Below, in pieces: positions 20,642 through 31,420 of a DNA stretch of 64,000 nt (its first letter is position 1; each line of letters opens with the position of its first letter). The stretch comes from Candidatus Altiarchaeales archaeon. GTDB lineage: Archaea; Altiarchaeota; Altiarchaeia; IMC4; SCGC-AAA252-I15. Made by a program: the position numbers and the translations under genes. The notes beneath the pieces were generated by a model, which saw only the letters and a program-made list of their open reading frames with translations, ran no database searches and was not told the DNA's origin. The DNA is taken from positions 160,001 through 224,000 of the forward strand of contig WJMO01000005.1 in assembly GCA_014727915.1 (NCBI GenBank), read 5' to 3'.

Positions 20642-21127
20642 CTAGACGACCTTGCCCCCCTGGTATTTACCCTCATACTCCACCGTCTCCCCCTCCACTT
20701 CCTCGAAGACTATCTGGGCTATCCTAGCTCCCCTCTCAACGGTGAACTCCCGGTCTGACAGGTTCTTCAATCCGAAGGTGAGCGTCCCCCGGAACCCGGG
20801 GTCCACGAGGGCGTTGAAGAGGCTGCACCCGCACCTGAAGATGGTGGAGCGGTTCAGCACCCGAGCGCAGACGTCTACGGGCATGTTTACCTTCTCCAAT
20901 GTCTCGACCAGCACGTACTCGCCGGGCTTCAACACGAACCTATCACCCTCCAACTCCCCGACCTCCGGTGTCTTCCGGCCTTCAACACCCAGGAAGCTGT
21001 CCGACTTCAGCCGGTACACCCTGCCCAGGCGGAGGTCATATCCTGATCCTCCGAGAGAAGCCTCGCTGAAACCCTCGATCAATCCCTTGCCTACGAGTTC
21101 CTCGATCCTGGACCTTCCGAGAACCAT
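20642..21127 (-). CDS. dcd: dCTP deaminase/dUTPase family protein
   Basis: SGYDLRLG, LVETLEKVNMP, RSTIFRCG, VDPGFRGTLT, RIAQIVF, YEGKYQ. Confidence 0.85.
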   Translation of the reverse strand: MVLGRSRIEELVGKGLIEGFSEASLGGSGYDLRLGRVYRLKSDSFLGVEGRKTPEVGELEGDRFVLKPGEYVLVETLEKVNMPVDVCARVLNRSTIFRCGCSLFNALVDPGFRGTLTFGLKNLSDREFTVERGARIAQIVFEEVEGETVEYEGKYQGGKVV

Positions 21128-21161
21128 GACATTTTATTCTTGATTAAGTAATATATACCTG

Positions 21162-23300
21162 ATGAAACACCATCTCATAGCCATTATGCTGCTTGCATCA
21201 GTCCTCGCCTCCCATGTGTCGGCAGCCGATGAAGAGTATATGGGATTGGAATGGAATTACAGCGTCAAAGAGGTACTATCAGAGCTCTCAGTGGCTGACG
21301 TCACAGGCGACGAGAAACTGGAGGTCATAGCTTCAGGGTCCTCGGACGGGAGCGCATATGTCATCGGCTCCGACGGCGAGCTGATATGGAGGAAGGAGGT
21401 GTTCTCCTACATAAACACTGTATACCCGGTCGACATAGACGGCGACGGAAAACACGAGGTCATAGCCGGTCACTCTGACATGACCGTCTTCGACAACGAG
21501 GGAAAGGGCTGGAAATACCGGACATCGAATGCGGTACACAACATAAGGTCCGGGGACATGAACGGCAACGGGCGACAGGACATAATAGCCGTGTCATATG
21601 ACAAGAGCTCATGCAGCAAAAGCAACTTCATATACGCGGTCAACGGCCTTGGGAAGGAGGAGATATGGAAGTACAGCGTGGGCAACAGCGAGCCCTACAG
21701 CCTCGAAGTGGCCGACCTGGACGGTGACGGCTCCGACGAGGTCATAGTGGGCCTCATCTACAAGGTCAAAAGCTCCTATAAACCATGTGAGCGGTCCTAC
21801 AGCCATGAATCAGCCGTTCTTGTGCTTAACAACGAGAAGCGCCTCATATGGCAGTTCGAGACCATAGGAGCTGCCATATCGCTCGCGGCAGGTGACGTGA
21901 CCGGTGACGGCAGGAAGGAGGTCATAGTCGGCAGCTACCCGACACTGTACGTGTTGGACGCGGATGGGGGCCTGATATGGAAGAAGAGCGACGTGATAAA
22001 CACCTATGTGGAGGACGTGGCAGTGGCTGACCTCGACGGAGACAACAGGAGCGAGGTCATCGCAGCCTCGAATGAGGTCTACGTCTTCGACCAGGAAGGC
22101 GACCTCCTGTGGAAGGGCATGACCGACTCCAGGGTATACTCTGTGGCAGCGGGGGATCTGGACAACGATGGAGTCCCCGAGGTGATCGCAGGCTCCGCTT
22201 CAATATACGTATTCGACGCCAAGGGCACGCCCCTGTGGAGGAGCGATTCTCACACATCCTACGGTTTCATCGAGTCCGTGGACTTGGACGGGCAGGGCTA
22301 TGACGAGATAGTAGCCGGCTCGGTCAAGGACATATTCGTATTCAGGACCCAGGACTACGCCAAGAAGATAAGGGCTGACTCCCTGTATGAGCAGGCGATG
22401 CTGCTCGGCGGATCTAACCCGGAGCTGGCGGTGGAAAAGCTGGAGGAGGCAAAGCAGCTATACTCCCAACTGGGTCTCATCGACAGGGTGTCGGAGTGCA
22501 TAAACCAGATAACCAGGTTCTCAGACACAACCGGCAGGTTAGCGGACCTTCGCGTGGAGGCCGAGGAGGCGTTGAACATGTCCCGTGAGCTCCTCCGGAA
22601 GGGCGATTACATGAACGCGAGCAAGCAGGCTCAGACCGCAAGGTACAAGTTCTCCTCTTTGAATGACGAGTCATATGTCGATCAATGCGATATGATAATC
22701 TCGGAGACACATGACGTCATCGCCTACAATGCGAGCCAGGAGCTGATACTCGCCAACATATCATACCACGATGGAGAATACAACCTTTCACTTGCACATG
22801 CCCTGAACGCTGAGAGATACTATTCCTTCATAGGAGAGGAAGAATACGCCGAGAAGGCGGGCGTGCTAGTCTCCAACCTGAGCGAGATACTGGGCATAAA
22901 GCACGAGAACGATACCTCATACAACGGGCCTGAACTGCCCAAGCTGCCGGACCTGGCTTCTGTGTTGGAGGGCCTTAACCCCGTATATGTCATCCTGTTG
23001 CTGATAGCGGTCGTCCTGATGGCAATAGTGTTCGCTGTAGGGGTCTACGTCTGGAAGATGAAAGGCAGGCAGACCCTCAAGATGGATCACCTTCACAAGG
23101 TCAGCTACACCCAGGAAGAGGATGTCCGCATGCCTCCCGAGAACCCCCTTAGGAGGCGTCCAGCCCCTGCTAGAAGGTATACTACAACCGCCGAGGAGGA
23201 GGAGCTGAAGGTCAAGCTACCGCCCAACAAGGGCGTTTTCAAGTCTTCCGTATGCCGTGGCGGCGTATGCCTGAAGATGACACGTTTGGCGCGTAAATGA
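21162..23300 (+). CDS. Secreted membrane-anchored FG-GAP/VCBS beta-propeller protein
   Basis: Signal peptide, eight D-x-x-G/N-D-G-x-x-E-V-I repeats, helical stalk, C-terminal TM helix and tail. Confidence 0.85.
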   Translation: MKHHLIAIMLLASVLASHVSAADEEYMGLEWNYSVKEVLSELSVADVTGDEKLEVIASGSSDGSAYVIGSDGELIWRKEVFSYINTVYPVDIDGDGKHEVIAGHSDMTVFDNEGKGWKYRTSNAVHNIRSGDMNGNGRQDIIAVSYDKSSCSKSNFIYAVNGLGKEEIWKYSVGNSEPYSLEVADLDGDGSDEVIVGLIYKVKSSYKPCERSYSHESAVLVLNNEKRLIWQFETIGAAISLAAGDVTGDGRKEVIVGSYPTLYVLDADGGLIWKKSDVINTYVEDVAVADLDGDNRSEVIAASNEVYVFDQEGDLLWKGMTDSRVYSVAAGDLDNDGVPEVIAGSASIYVFDAKGTPLWRSDSHTSYGFIESVDLDGQGYDEIVAGSVKDIFVFRTQDYAKKIRADSLYEQAMLLGGSNPELAVEKLEEAKQLYSQLGLIDRVSECINQITRFSDTTGRLADLRVEAEEALNMSRELLRKGDYMNASKQAQTARYKFSSLNDESYVDQCDMIISETHDVIAYNASQELILANISYHDGEYNLSLAHALNAERYYSFIGEEEYAEKAGVLVSNLSEILGIKHENDTSYNGPELPKLPDLASVLEGLNPVYVILLLIAVVLMAIVFAVGVYVWKMKGRQTLKMDHLHKVSYTQEEDVRMPPENPLRRRPAPARRYTTTAEEEELKVKLPPNKGVFKSSVCRGGVCLKMTRLARK

Positions 23301-23339
23301 CCCCTCACGTTTTTATGCGCGTAAGCGTAATCTCTATCT

Positions 23340-23558
23340 GTGGTTGTGGCGAATTACCGTATATTGCTCCTGCTGGCTTTGCTATCCTCACTGTCGGCTG
23401 CGCAGGGAGATGACGCCTCTCTAATGGCTGGTTTGGAGGCTAACAGCGGCCTGGTGCTGATAATATCCTCAGTGGTCATAATAATACTGATGGTGCTGAT
23501 GATATTCTACTTGCACAGCATCAACGAGCACCTGAACTGGATACGACGTATAAGGTAA
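23340..23558 (+). CDS. Small membrane protein
   Basis: Signal-like N-terminus plus one long hydrophobic helix. Confidence 0.6.
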   Translation: MVVANYRILLLLALLSSLSAAQGDDASLMAGLEANSGLVLIISSVVIIILMVLMIFYLHSINEHLNWIRRIR

Positions 23559-23593
23559 CGCTTTTATTCACGACCTGCAAAAATACCTATGGG

Positions 23594-23926
23594 GTGTTAT
23601 GGTTGGCTGAATCCTCTAACAGAGAACGGAACGGCTTCCGAAAGCTCAGGGCAAAGGCCGGGTTCATGCATCACAGCGACTTCCTCTTAGACGGGACCGT
23701 GGATAGGTGCTGGGATGACGAGTCTACGCTCGAACGCGCTGGGAAGCGGCAGACAGTCTACGACATAATACACACTCTTAACACTCTGAAGGTGGAGAGC
23801 CTCATATCCGAGGCCGAGCAGAGGGAGATAACACGTGACGAGCTCAAGGGCATATTGGCCGAGTTGCGGGCTAAAGGCCTTGTATATTCCCCCAAGCCGG
23901 GCGAGATAGTCTGTGTGGAAGATTAG
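23594..23926 (+). CDS. Small winged-helix protein resembling the MCM C-terminal WH domain
   Basis: LISEAEQREITRDELKGILAELRAKGLVYSPKPG. Confidence 0.6.
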   Translation: MLWLAESSNRERNGFRKLRAKAGFMHHSDFLLDGTVDRCWDDESTLERAGKRQTVYDIIHTLNTLKVESLISEAEQREITRDELKGILAELRAKGLVYSPKPGEIVCVED

Positions 23927-26538
23927 AGCCTCAACCTACTCCTCTCCTTGTCCTTCCTCCCCTTTTCCTTGACTTCCTCCTTTTCCTCGCCCCTCTTCAA
24001 CAGCACCGCCAGCCTCCTAACGGCCGCGTCGATGAAGTAGAGTGCCAGTGCCGCCATTGCAGCGTACATCCAGAGCTCTCGCAGGTCCCTCTCCTCCTTG
24101 GTTGATGACTCTCTGACGCTGTCCAGTATGTCCGAGGCGAGCGCGTCCACCTCGCTATCATCGTATAGTCTGCCCCCCGTGGCTGCTGCCATCCTCCGGA
24201 GGCTGTCCTCGTCAAGTCCGAGGCTGTTGTACTCTTCAGGGTAGTTCACCGCTACCGCGTCGAGGTCCTGGTCGCCCCCGGCCGAAGCTATGATCCCGTA
24301 GAAGCCCTGGCTTAATGGCGTGAAATAACCTGAGTATGCTTGGAGGCTCGTCCTGGTCATTATCACCTGCTGATCCTCGAGCGTCTTGGTGTTCTTTGCT
24401 TCCACTACTGGCATTGACTCCGACGCTACCAGCAGGTCAACCCTATCGCCCAGGTGTATGTCCTGGGAGCTGACCCTGACCTCCTTGCCCTTCTCCAGGT
24501 CTCCTATGATCCAGTTCGCGGTCCCGGACACCACCCTCCCCGAGTCCACCTTCATGAGCTCTGGGCTCCACTCGACGCCGTTGTCTGTCGTGAGAGCAGC
24601 CACCCTGCCCAGGCCGAACCTCCAGACTGTGAGTATGGGTTTCCCGCCCTTCGTGGACAGCAGCATCTGGGCCACGTTCTTCTCGTAGACCTTGTTGAAG
24701 TCCCTGACCTCCGCTCCTCCCACGTTCTTGAGCTCTAACAGGTTCCTGGTTATGAAATGGAACTCGTCGGCTGCGACCACCGGAGTCATGTCCCTGTCCT
24801 TCTCGTCCTCCGCCTCTCCGAACACGACCTTCAGCCTCTCACCCGCCTGCACCCTGAAGAACTGGCCTCCCCCGGCCCGCGCTACCTGTGTCATGAACAT
24901 CTCGTCCGTGTCGAAGCCCACTCCCGCAGTGTATGTCTTTATCCCCCTGTCCTTCATCTCCGCGACCTTGTTGACGGTCAATTGCATCCTGGAGCCGCGT
25001 ATGACCCCGTCGGAGATTATTATGAGGTACTTGTCTACTGTCACGTCCCTGAGCATGTTGTCTGCCATCTCCACTGCGAAGAGCATGTCCGTGCCGCCGC
25101 CGAACTTGAGCCTCAGTATCCTGTCCTCCACGTCTCCGAACTTGGGGCCCAGGGGACTCAGCGGCGAGACCATATAGGGCATGTTGTTGAATGCTATTAT
25201 GCCGACGGAGTCGTTGTAGTTCAGCGTCCTCATCATGGCGAGGGCGTTCGCCTTCTCAACGTCTATCTTCGAGTCCTTACCCACACCGTATTCTGTGCTC
25301 TCGGAGATGTCCATCATGAACACCACGGCCAGCTCCCTCCGCCTCTCCTGGGGCTTGTCCGTGCTCTTGACGGGGAGGATGTTCTCCACGAAGCTGTTGT
25401 TGTACGCGCCGTACTCGAAGCTGTTCTCCCCGCCTATGAAGGCGACGCCGTTCCCGTCGAGTATGTATTTCTTTATCTTGTTCACCCGGTTCCTGTCAAG
25501 GTCTTTCGAGTTTATGTTGTCGAATATGACCCCCGCGTATTTGGCGTAGTCGTTGTCGACCCTGCTGGTGACGTCCACGTCGTAAAGCTCCTCGAGTATG
25601 CTCAGCATAGGCGACGTCCTGTTCGTGGTCACCACGAGTATCTCGGGCTTCTCCACCACCTCAACGGTCTTGTAGTACATGTTGTTCTCCGGGTACGTGT
25701 CCTGCTGAGGGTCGACCTCCACCTTTATCTCGTGTATGCCGATCTCTCTCATCTTGAGGCTGAGCTGTATGTCCTTCTCCAGCTCTCCCTGCGTGAACCT
25801 CTTGTTGAACTTCCTTATGCCGTCCACGGAGACAATGAGCTCGTATGAGGTCTCCCGGAAGCCAGTGTTCCCGACCCTCACCGTCAGGTCGTAGTCGATG
25901 TTGGACGGTATCTTCTTGTCTCCCAACACGTTGTCGATGTATAGGTCATTCCCTGCCTTGGAGGGCTTCACCGTGTAGAGCGTTGAGTTGGTCTCCCCGA
26001 GGGCCCTGGCTATGTCCATCTGGTTCCTCCCCCTGTTGTTGCGGGCGTCGGTTACTAGTATTATAGAATTCGGCTCCCCCGAGTGCTTTATCATGTTCTG
26101 GTACACTGCGTCTCCCACGGCAGTGTAGTTGCCCTCGGAGAAGAACTCGATGTTGACATTGGACTGGTCTCCCGTGAGATTACCCACCGCGGATTTGACC
26201 CTCTCCAATATCAAGTATCCCAGCTCGTTTGTCCCAGGGTATAGGCGCATGCTGGGCGAGGAGTCCACTAGCACGGTCACCGGAGGGACGTCCTCAACCA
26301 CCTTACGGCTCTCATAGTATGTGGGCGAAGCCAGGGCCACCACAACCAAGACTATGATCAGGGACCTCACAGCCACGAACAGTAGCCGAGCCCTGTTGGG
26401 CTTCTTCCCCTTTAACGTGTAGACTGCGAGAATCAGGATCAGGGGTATGGCTATCAGGAGGTATTCCGGGCTGTTGAAGGTTATCCTGGACGCTATGGAC
26501 CCGAAGTCCGCGTTCGTGATGTCTGCCAGCTGGCTCAT
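23923..26538 (-). CDS. Membrane vWA-domain protein (two vWA domains, Ig-like and GATase-like segments)
   Basis: LVDSSPSM, MDISEST, ISDG, FIGGENSFEYGAY, WRFGLGRVAALTTD; N- and C-terminal TM helices. Confidence 0.88.
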   Translation of the reverse strand: MSQLADITNADFGSIASRITFNSPEYLLIAIPLILILAVYTLKGKKPNRARLLFVAVRSLIIVLVVVALASPTYYESRKVVEDVPPVTVLVDSSPSMRLYPGTNELGYLILERVKSAVGNLTGDQSNVNIEFFSEGNYTAVGDAVYQNMIKHSGEPNSIILVTDARNNRGRNQMDIARALGETNSTLYTVKPSKAGNDLYIDNVLGDKKIPSNIDYDLTVRVGNTGFRETSYELIVSVDGIRKFNKRFTQGELEKDIQLSLKMREIGIHEIKVEVDPQQDTYPENNMYYKTVEVVEKPEILVVTTNRTSPMLSILEELYDVDVTSRVDNDYAKYAGVIFDNINSKDLDRNRVNKIKKYILDGNGVAFIGGENSFEYGAYNNSFVENILPVKSTDKPQERRRELAVVFMMDISESTEYGVGKDSKIDVEKANALAMMRTLNYNDSVGIIAFNNMPYMVSPLSPLGPKFGDVEDRILRLKFGGGTDMLFAVEMADNMLRDVTVDKYLIIISDGVIRGSRMQLTVNKVAEMKDRGIKTYTAGVGFDTDEMFMTQVARAGGGQFFRVQAGERLKVVFGEAEDEKDRDMTPVVAADEFHFITRNLLELKNVGGAEVRDFNKVYEKNVAQMLLSTKGGKPILTVWRFGLGRVAALTTDNGVEWSPELMKVDSGRVVSGTANWIIGDLEKGKEVRVSSQDIHLGDRVDLLVASESMPVVEAKNTKTLEDQQVIMTRTSLQAYSGYFTPLSQGFYGIIASAGGDQDLDAVAVNYPEEYNSLGLDEDSLRRMAAATGGRLYDDSEVDALASDILDSVRESSTKEERDLRELWMYAAMAALALYFIDAAVRRLAVLLKRGEEKEEVKEKGRKDKERSRLRL

Positions 26539-28481
26539 AGCAGCCCCCTCCTACGGTAGAAGAACAGCTCGATGAAGAGCGCTATGAGCATCACCGCGAG
26601 CATGTGCCTGAATAGCTCCACCCTCAAGTCTACCTTCTCACTCTCCACTTTGAAGTCCCGAGACCTTATTATGTCCTCTATGTCCGCTCCGGTGGTGTTC
26701 GATTCCAGGCTGTTCAACAGGTTCACCGTGAACTGGTCTGTCTTGTCCTCGTACCTTACCCTGTACACTCCTGACTCGTCAAGGAAAACGCTCGCAGACT
26801 CCAAAAACCCCCCTCCGGGCGTTTCGACCCTCTGCTTCCCCTCCAACCTGAGGTATTCGCCGGTGTGAAGGCTCTTGTCAATGTCCGATCCCCTGGGGCG
26901 GGTTATGTACTTGAGCATCTGAGACCAGAATATTGGGAATGACGAGCTGTAGTATAGGTTGCTCCACTCCGGGTTGCTGTTCACGCCAACGAACGCAACA
27001 TACCCGTCTCCGTAGCTTTTGTAGCTCATCAGCGGGTTAGCGCCCGAACCCGCGCTAAGAAGGGTCTTGGTACTGTTGTCCGCTGCTTCTACGTTGTAGT
27101 ATCTGGTGACCACAACGTTGTCGAAGACCACATCCTCGAGCATCTCATGCTCATGGACCACCCGGATGTCGTCTTCCTTCTCTATGAGCCCGTATGATCT
27201 GACGGGCATTATGGACCACAGGTCCGGATCCCCTATCCTGTCCAGGTTCTCGCTGCCGACAACCACGAGGTTGGCTCCGTTCCCCACGTGATTCTTTATG
27301 TCCCTGAAGTCTCCAGGGAGTATCTTGTCGTGCTCGGCGTCCCCCAGGATTATCACGTCATAGTTCCTGACGTCAGGTATCACCGGCGGCACCGCGTATT
27401 CGACCTTCACGTTCTTCAGCGAGTCAAGCATTAGCCTGAGGAACTTGTCAGACCCCTTGCTGGTGAGCAGCAGCACCCGGTTGACCTTCACCGCGGGTAT
27501 GTGCGCGTAGCCGATGTCGTCCACTGAAAGGTCGTCCCCTCCTATCACCTCCAACCTTATTATCTGCTCTGCGCCCGTTAGGTTGGGGCTGAAGTAGTAG
27601 AACTCCTCTCCCCCTGCTTCTATGGTCTTCTCTTTGCTGTCCAGTATCCTATCTCCTGTCATCACCCTGACGGTCGTAGAGTAGTCGACTTCATGGTAGT
27701 TCCTGACGGAGGCCGTGAGGAACAGCTGATTATCCCTGACCACCGATCTGCGGGCGTTCAAGCTGACCAGTCCCGCGTTCGCCCCGCGCACGCCCACCTG
27801 CACGAGCTCCACCCTCACCCCCGAGATGGATGCTATCTTCTTCGCCAGCTGAACGTCTATGCCACCCCCTCCCGCGAAGTCCGAGAACGCGTATATGGCC
27901 TTCTTCTTGTCCGTAGCGGACAGCATGTCCCTTCCCAGCATTATCGCATCCCCTATGTTGGAGGGCGTGTCCGCGGCCTTCATCCTCTCCAGGGTTATCC
28001 TGGCCTCTCCTAGGTCTTTCCCGGTCGAAACGACTATGGGTATGTTCTCGGCCAATACGATGGACACGTCGTCTTCCTCGTTCAGCTCCGAGAGTATGTC
28101 CACGGCTTTGGCGACTGCCGCGTCGAACCGGTTGGGGCTCACATCCGTTGATTTCATGCTGGCGGACGCGTCCAAGACTATCACCACGGATTCCGCCTCG
28201 TTCTTCTCCACCTCGGTGTTGTAGAAGGGATTGACGAGCGTCAGCACCAGCAGGGTTATTATCAGGATCTGCATGAAGAGTATGGGGTCTCGGACGAACT
28301 TCTGCAGGAAGCTGGTGAACCTCTTGTTCTTCTCCATGAACCTTATGAACATGGTGGACGGGAACAGTACGACCTTGGGCTTCGGCTTCAGGAGGTAGAG
28401 TATTATGATGGGCACTATCAGAGCCAACCCTGAGAAGGCTATTGGGTTTGTCAGGTTGGATGCCAGGGAGAAATCAGCCAC
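26535..28481 (-). CDS. BatA/vWA domain membrane protein
   Basis: PIIILYLLKPKPK..FPST (BatA motif), VLDASASM (MIDAS), C-terminal TM helix. Confidence 0.9.
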   Translation of the reverse strand: MADFSLASNLTNPIAFSGLALIVPIIILYLLKPKPKVVLFPSTMFIRFMEKNKRFTSFLQKFVRDPILFMQILIITLLVLTLVNPFYNTEVEKNEAESVVIVLDASASMKSTDVSPNRFDAAVAKAVDILSELNEEDDVSIVLAENIPIVVSTGKDLGEARITLERMKAADTPSNIGDAIMLGRDMLSATDKKKAIYAFSDFAGGGGIDVQLAKKIASISGVRVELVQVGVRGANAGLVSLNARRSVVRDNQLFLTASVRNYHEVDYSTTVRVMTGDRILDSKEKTIEAGGEEFYYFSPNLTGAEQIIRLEVIGGDDLSVDDIGYAHIPAVKVNRVLLLTSKGSDKFLRLMLDSLKNVKVEYAVPPVIPDVRNYDVIILGDAEHDKILPGDFRDIKNHVGNGANLVVVGSENLDRIGDPDLWSIMPVRSYGLIEKEDDIRVVHEHEMLEDVVFDNVVVTRYYNVEAADNSTKTLLSAGSGANPLMSYKSYGDGYVAFVGVNSNPEWSNLYYSSSFPIFWSQMLKYITRPRGSDIDKSLHTGEYLRLEGKQRVETPGGGFLESASVFLDESGVYRVRYEDKTDQFTVNLLNSLESNTTGADIEDIIRSRDFKVESEKVDLRVELFRHMLAVMLIALFIELFFYRRRGLL

Positions 28482-29352
28482 CCCTCTTACCTCCTCCGAC
28501 CAACTTGACGAAAGAGTCGAATATGGGAGTGTCGGTCGTCACCGTTATGAAGTCGACGCCTATGTCCTTGCATATCTCGTTCACCTGGGCGTTGTGGTCC
28601 CTTATCTTCTTCGCGTATTCCCTCCTGAAACCCGGGCTGAGGAAGGTCCTCTTAATGTCGCCGGTCTCCAGGTCCTGGAATTTGATGTCGTCCCTCCACC
28701 CCAGGTCCAGCTCCCACGGGTCCAGCACCTGCACGAGGAGCATCTCCTTGCTGTGCTTCGCCATCCGGTATATGCCCTCTGTGATGGATTCCATGTCCTC
28801 GATGAAGTCCGATATGATTATGCTGAACGACTTGGACTTTATCACCTTGCTGTACTGTGCGGCGCAGACTCCCAGGTCGGTGCCGCCGGTCAGTTTTATC
28901 CGGTTGAACAGGTCTATGACGTTGAACAGGTGGGCTCTGCTCTTCTTTGCCTGTGTAAGCTCCCTTATGGTGTCCGAGTACAGTCCGGTGGCGAACTTCT
29001 CGTGGTTGTGGACCGCGAGGAACCCGAACCCTGCCGCGATGCTCCCAGCATAGTCGAACTTGTGCATACCCCCGACCTTGAAGTCCATGCTGGAGCTGCT
29101 GTCCACGAGTATGTGTATTATCAGGTTCTTCTCCTCCTCGAACCTCCTTATGTACAGCTTCTCCGTTCGGCCGTAGACGCGCCAGTCGATGAGCCGGAAG
29201 TCGTCTCCGGGGATGTACTCCCTGTAGTCTACGACCTCTATGCCTTTGCCATGCTTTATGGATGGCCGGCCTCCGGCGTATACGCTGGACACCTTCTGGC
29301 GTATGATGAAGTTCAGCTCCTTGAGCTCGTCTAGGAAGGACGGGTCTATCAA
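28474..29352 (-). CDS. DUF58 vWA-like protein
   Basis: DYREYIPGDDFRLIDWRVYGRTEKLYIRRFEEE, LVDSSSSM, IISDF. Confidence 0.95.
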   Translation of the reverse strand: MIDPSFLDELKELNFIIRQKVSSVYAGGRPSIKHGKGIEVVDYREYIPGDDFRLIDWRVYGRTEKLYIRRFEEEKNLIIHILVDSSSSMDFKVGGMHKFDYAGSIAAGFGFLAVHNHEKFATGLYSDTIRELTQAKKSRAHLFNVIDLFNRIKLTGGTDLGVCAAQYSKVIKSKSFSIIISDFIEDMESITEGIYRMAKHSKEMLLVQVLDPWELDLGWRDDIKFQDLETGDIKRTFLSPGFRREYAKKIRDHNAQVNEICKDIGVDFITVTTDTPIFDSFVKLVGGGKRGG

Positions 29353-29362
29353 TTTGGCCCAC

Positions 29363-30415
29363 CTACACTTCTTTCAGTATCTGGGTTATGACGTCGTCGC
29401 TGCTCATCCCCTTGCGTTCGCTCTCGAAGTTGAGGATTATCCTGTGCCTTAGCACCGGGAAGGCGGTCGCCTTTATGTCCTCTTTCGCCACGTAGTTCCT
29501 GCCCTGCAACAGCGCCCGGGCCTTGGAGGCCAGCACCAAGCCGATGCTCGCCCTCGGAGACGCTCCGTAGTCGAGGAACTGGGCTGCCGCGTTCTTGCCC
29601 TTAGGCCGTGTGGCCGCGACTATCCTCAGCGCGTACTCGCGGACCTCCCCTGATATGGGCATCTTCTTCGTGAGGTCCTGGATCGCCAATACATGCTCCC
29701 GCTTCATCAGCTTGTTCACCAATGGCGTGAACTCCCCCGAGTAGAGCTCGACGATCTTGTCCTCCTCCTGTATGTTCGGGTAGTCCACCATGATCTTAAG
29801 CAGGAAACGGTCCACCTGCGCCTCCGGCAGCGGGTAGGTCCCTTCCATCTCCAACGGGTTCTGGGTCGCCAGCACGAAGAAAGGCCTGTCCAATTTGTGG
29901 GTGGTGTTGCCCATGGTCACCTGCCGCTCCTGCATGCTCTCCAGCAGCGACGACTGGGACTTGGGAGTGGCACGGTTTATCTCGTCGGCCAAGAGTATGT
30001 TGGTGAACACCGGACCCTCCTCGAACCTGAACTTCTTACGGCCCGAAGCGTCCTCTTCTACTATGTAGGTTCCCGTGACGTCCGACGGCATAAGGTCAGG
30101 GGTGCACTGTATCCTGCGGAACTTCAAGTCCATGATGCTTGCGAGCGTCCTGACCATCATGGTCTTGCCCAGGCCAGGGAAACCCTCCAGGAGGGCGTGG
30201 TTGTCGGTGAAGATCGCTATCATCAGCTGTTCCAAAACGTCCTCCTGACCGACTATGACCTTGCCCACTTCCTTCTTGATGTCTGCGTATGTGTCCTTCA
30301 TCTGCGAGTAGACCTTCTTCAGGTCCACGCTGTCCTCACCGCGTCTAGACGCCCTCTTGGGCTCGTCAACGGCGCTGTCCCACAAGCTCTTGCCCCCGGT
30401 TGCCATATGTATCAC
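29363..30415 (-). CDS. moxR: MoxR family AAA+ ATPase
   Basis: HALLEGFPGLGKT, RIQCTPDLMPSD, LADEINRATPKSQSSLLE, ATQNPLEMEGTYPLPEAQVDRF. Confidence 0.96.
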   Translation of the reverse strand: MIHMATGGKSLWDSAVDEPKRASRRGEDSVDLKKVYSQMKDTYADIKKEVGKVIVGQEDVLEQLMIAIFTDNHALLEGFPGLGKTMMVRTLASIMDLKFRRIQCTPDLMPSDVTGTYIVEEDASGRKKFRFEEGPVFTNILLADEINRATPKSQSSLLESMQERQVTMGNTTHKLDRPFFVLATQNPLEMEGTYPLPEAQVDRFLLKIMVDYPNIQEEDKIVELYSGEFTPLVNKLMKREHVLAIQDLTKKMPISGEVREYALRIVAATRPKGKNAAAQFLDYGASPRASIGLVLASKARALLQGRNYVAKEDIKATAFPVLRHRIILNFESERKGMSSDDVITQILKEV

Positions 30416-30447
30416 TTCAAAACTATTTATTGTATATCGTATTAAAG

Positions 30448-31419
30448 TCAGGTCTCTGGAAGTATCTTCTCGAAGTACCTCCTAACCACCTCCTCGTGCT
30501 CTGGGCCTATAACGCACTCCTCGCACTCCTCCGCTGACTGTACCTCCTCAAGGTTGAACTCGTTCCTCCGCGCAGTGCCCCCAGTCTCCCTTATCTCGAT
30601 CTCCCCCCCGTATTCCGGGTGCAGTCGGAAGTCCACGTCATCGCCCAATATGTTCGCAGCCGACGCCTCGCCGTAGATGTCTTCGAGAGCGTCCGCGCCA
30701 ACTCCCCCGCCTGTGCCTGGCAGGGGGCCTTCGCTGACGCCCGGGCGTTCGCCTCCCGATTCAGCCCCGAGCTTCTCCTCGTCCTCTCCGGTGAGGTTGC
30801 TCTGCTCCCACCTGTCCCCCATCAGGGTGTCGAACTCGCTGCCGGTCTTGCCTGCCACATCCGATATCCTGTTCTGGATGTCTGGGTCGCTCAGTATGAA
30901 ATCCAGCGAGTCGAAGGCCACCGACCTGAGGTCCAAGACTATGGTCGTCAAAAGCACGAAGGCCAGTATTATCACCGCGTAGATCCTCTTGGACAGTGTC
31001 CGAGTGTCAAGGAACGTGCTGGATTCCACGTCGTCCATGCGCCTGCTCACATCGGACATAAGGTCTTCGACGATTATGTTACTCGTTCCCCTGTATTCCA
31101 TCGCAGTCTGGAGGCGCTCCCCCAGGTTGTCGTAGCTGCTCCCAATCCGCCTTATTATGTCGCTCCTCCTGTACTCCTTCACCAGCTGCAGCAGCGCGAA
31201 CAAAAGCGCCGCAGGCAAAGGCATCAGGAAGGCCCTGCTTAGCATGGGAAGCCCAAAACCTAAAACCTCCACTCTGGTCATGTGGAAGCTGAAACCGAGG
31301 AAATGCAGGGCTATCATCACCGGCAGGTAGCCTATGAAGAAGTCTATGGCTGTCTTATACAGTCTGATGCCCCAGACCACGGCTTTTGCCTCGGTTACTT
31401 TGCTGTCTAATGCGGCCAA
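30448..31419 (-). CDS. Membrane protein of the MoxR-vWA operon
   Basis: Three TM helices, LGERLQTAMEY motif, acidic Gly-rich tail ending EHEEVVRRYF. Confidence 0.75.
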   Translation of the reverse strand: MAALDSKVTEAKAVVWGIRLYKTAIDFFIGYLPVMIALHFLGFSFHMTRVEVLGFGLPMLSRAFLMPLPAALLFALLQLVKEYRRSDIIRRIGSSYDNLGERLQTAMEYRGTSNIIVEDLMSDVSRRMDDVESSTFLDTRTLSKRIYAVIILAFVLLTTIVLDLRSVAFDSLDFILSDPDIQNRISDVAGKTGSEFDTLMGDRWEQSNLTGEDEEKLGAESGGERPGVSEGPLPGTGGGVGADALEDIYGEASAANILGDDVDFRLHPEYGGEIEIRETGGTARRNEFNLEEVQSAEECEECVIGPEHEEVVRRYFEKILPET

Positions 31420-31420
31420 C

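Noticed and set aside
12390-30445. Long antisense ORFs such as 12390-13418, 24757-25848, 28405-29334 and 29693-30445
   Set aside because: They are shadows of well-supported genes on the opposite strand, as expected from GC-biased codon usage.
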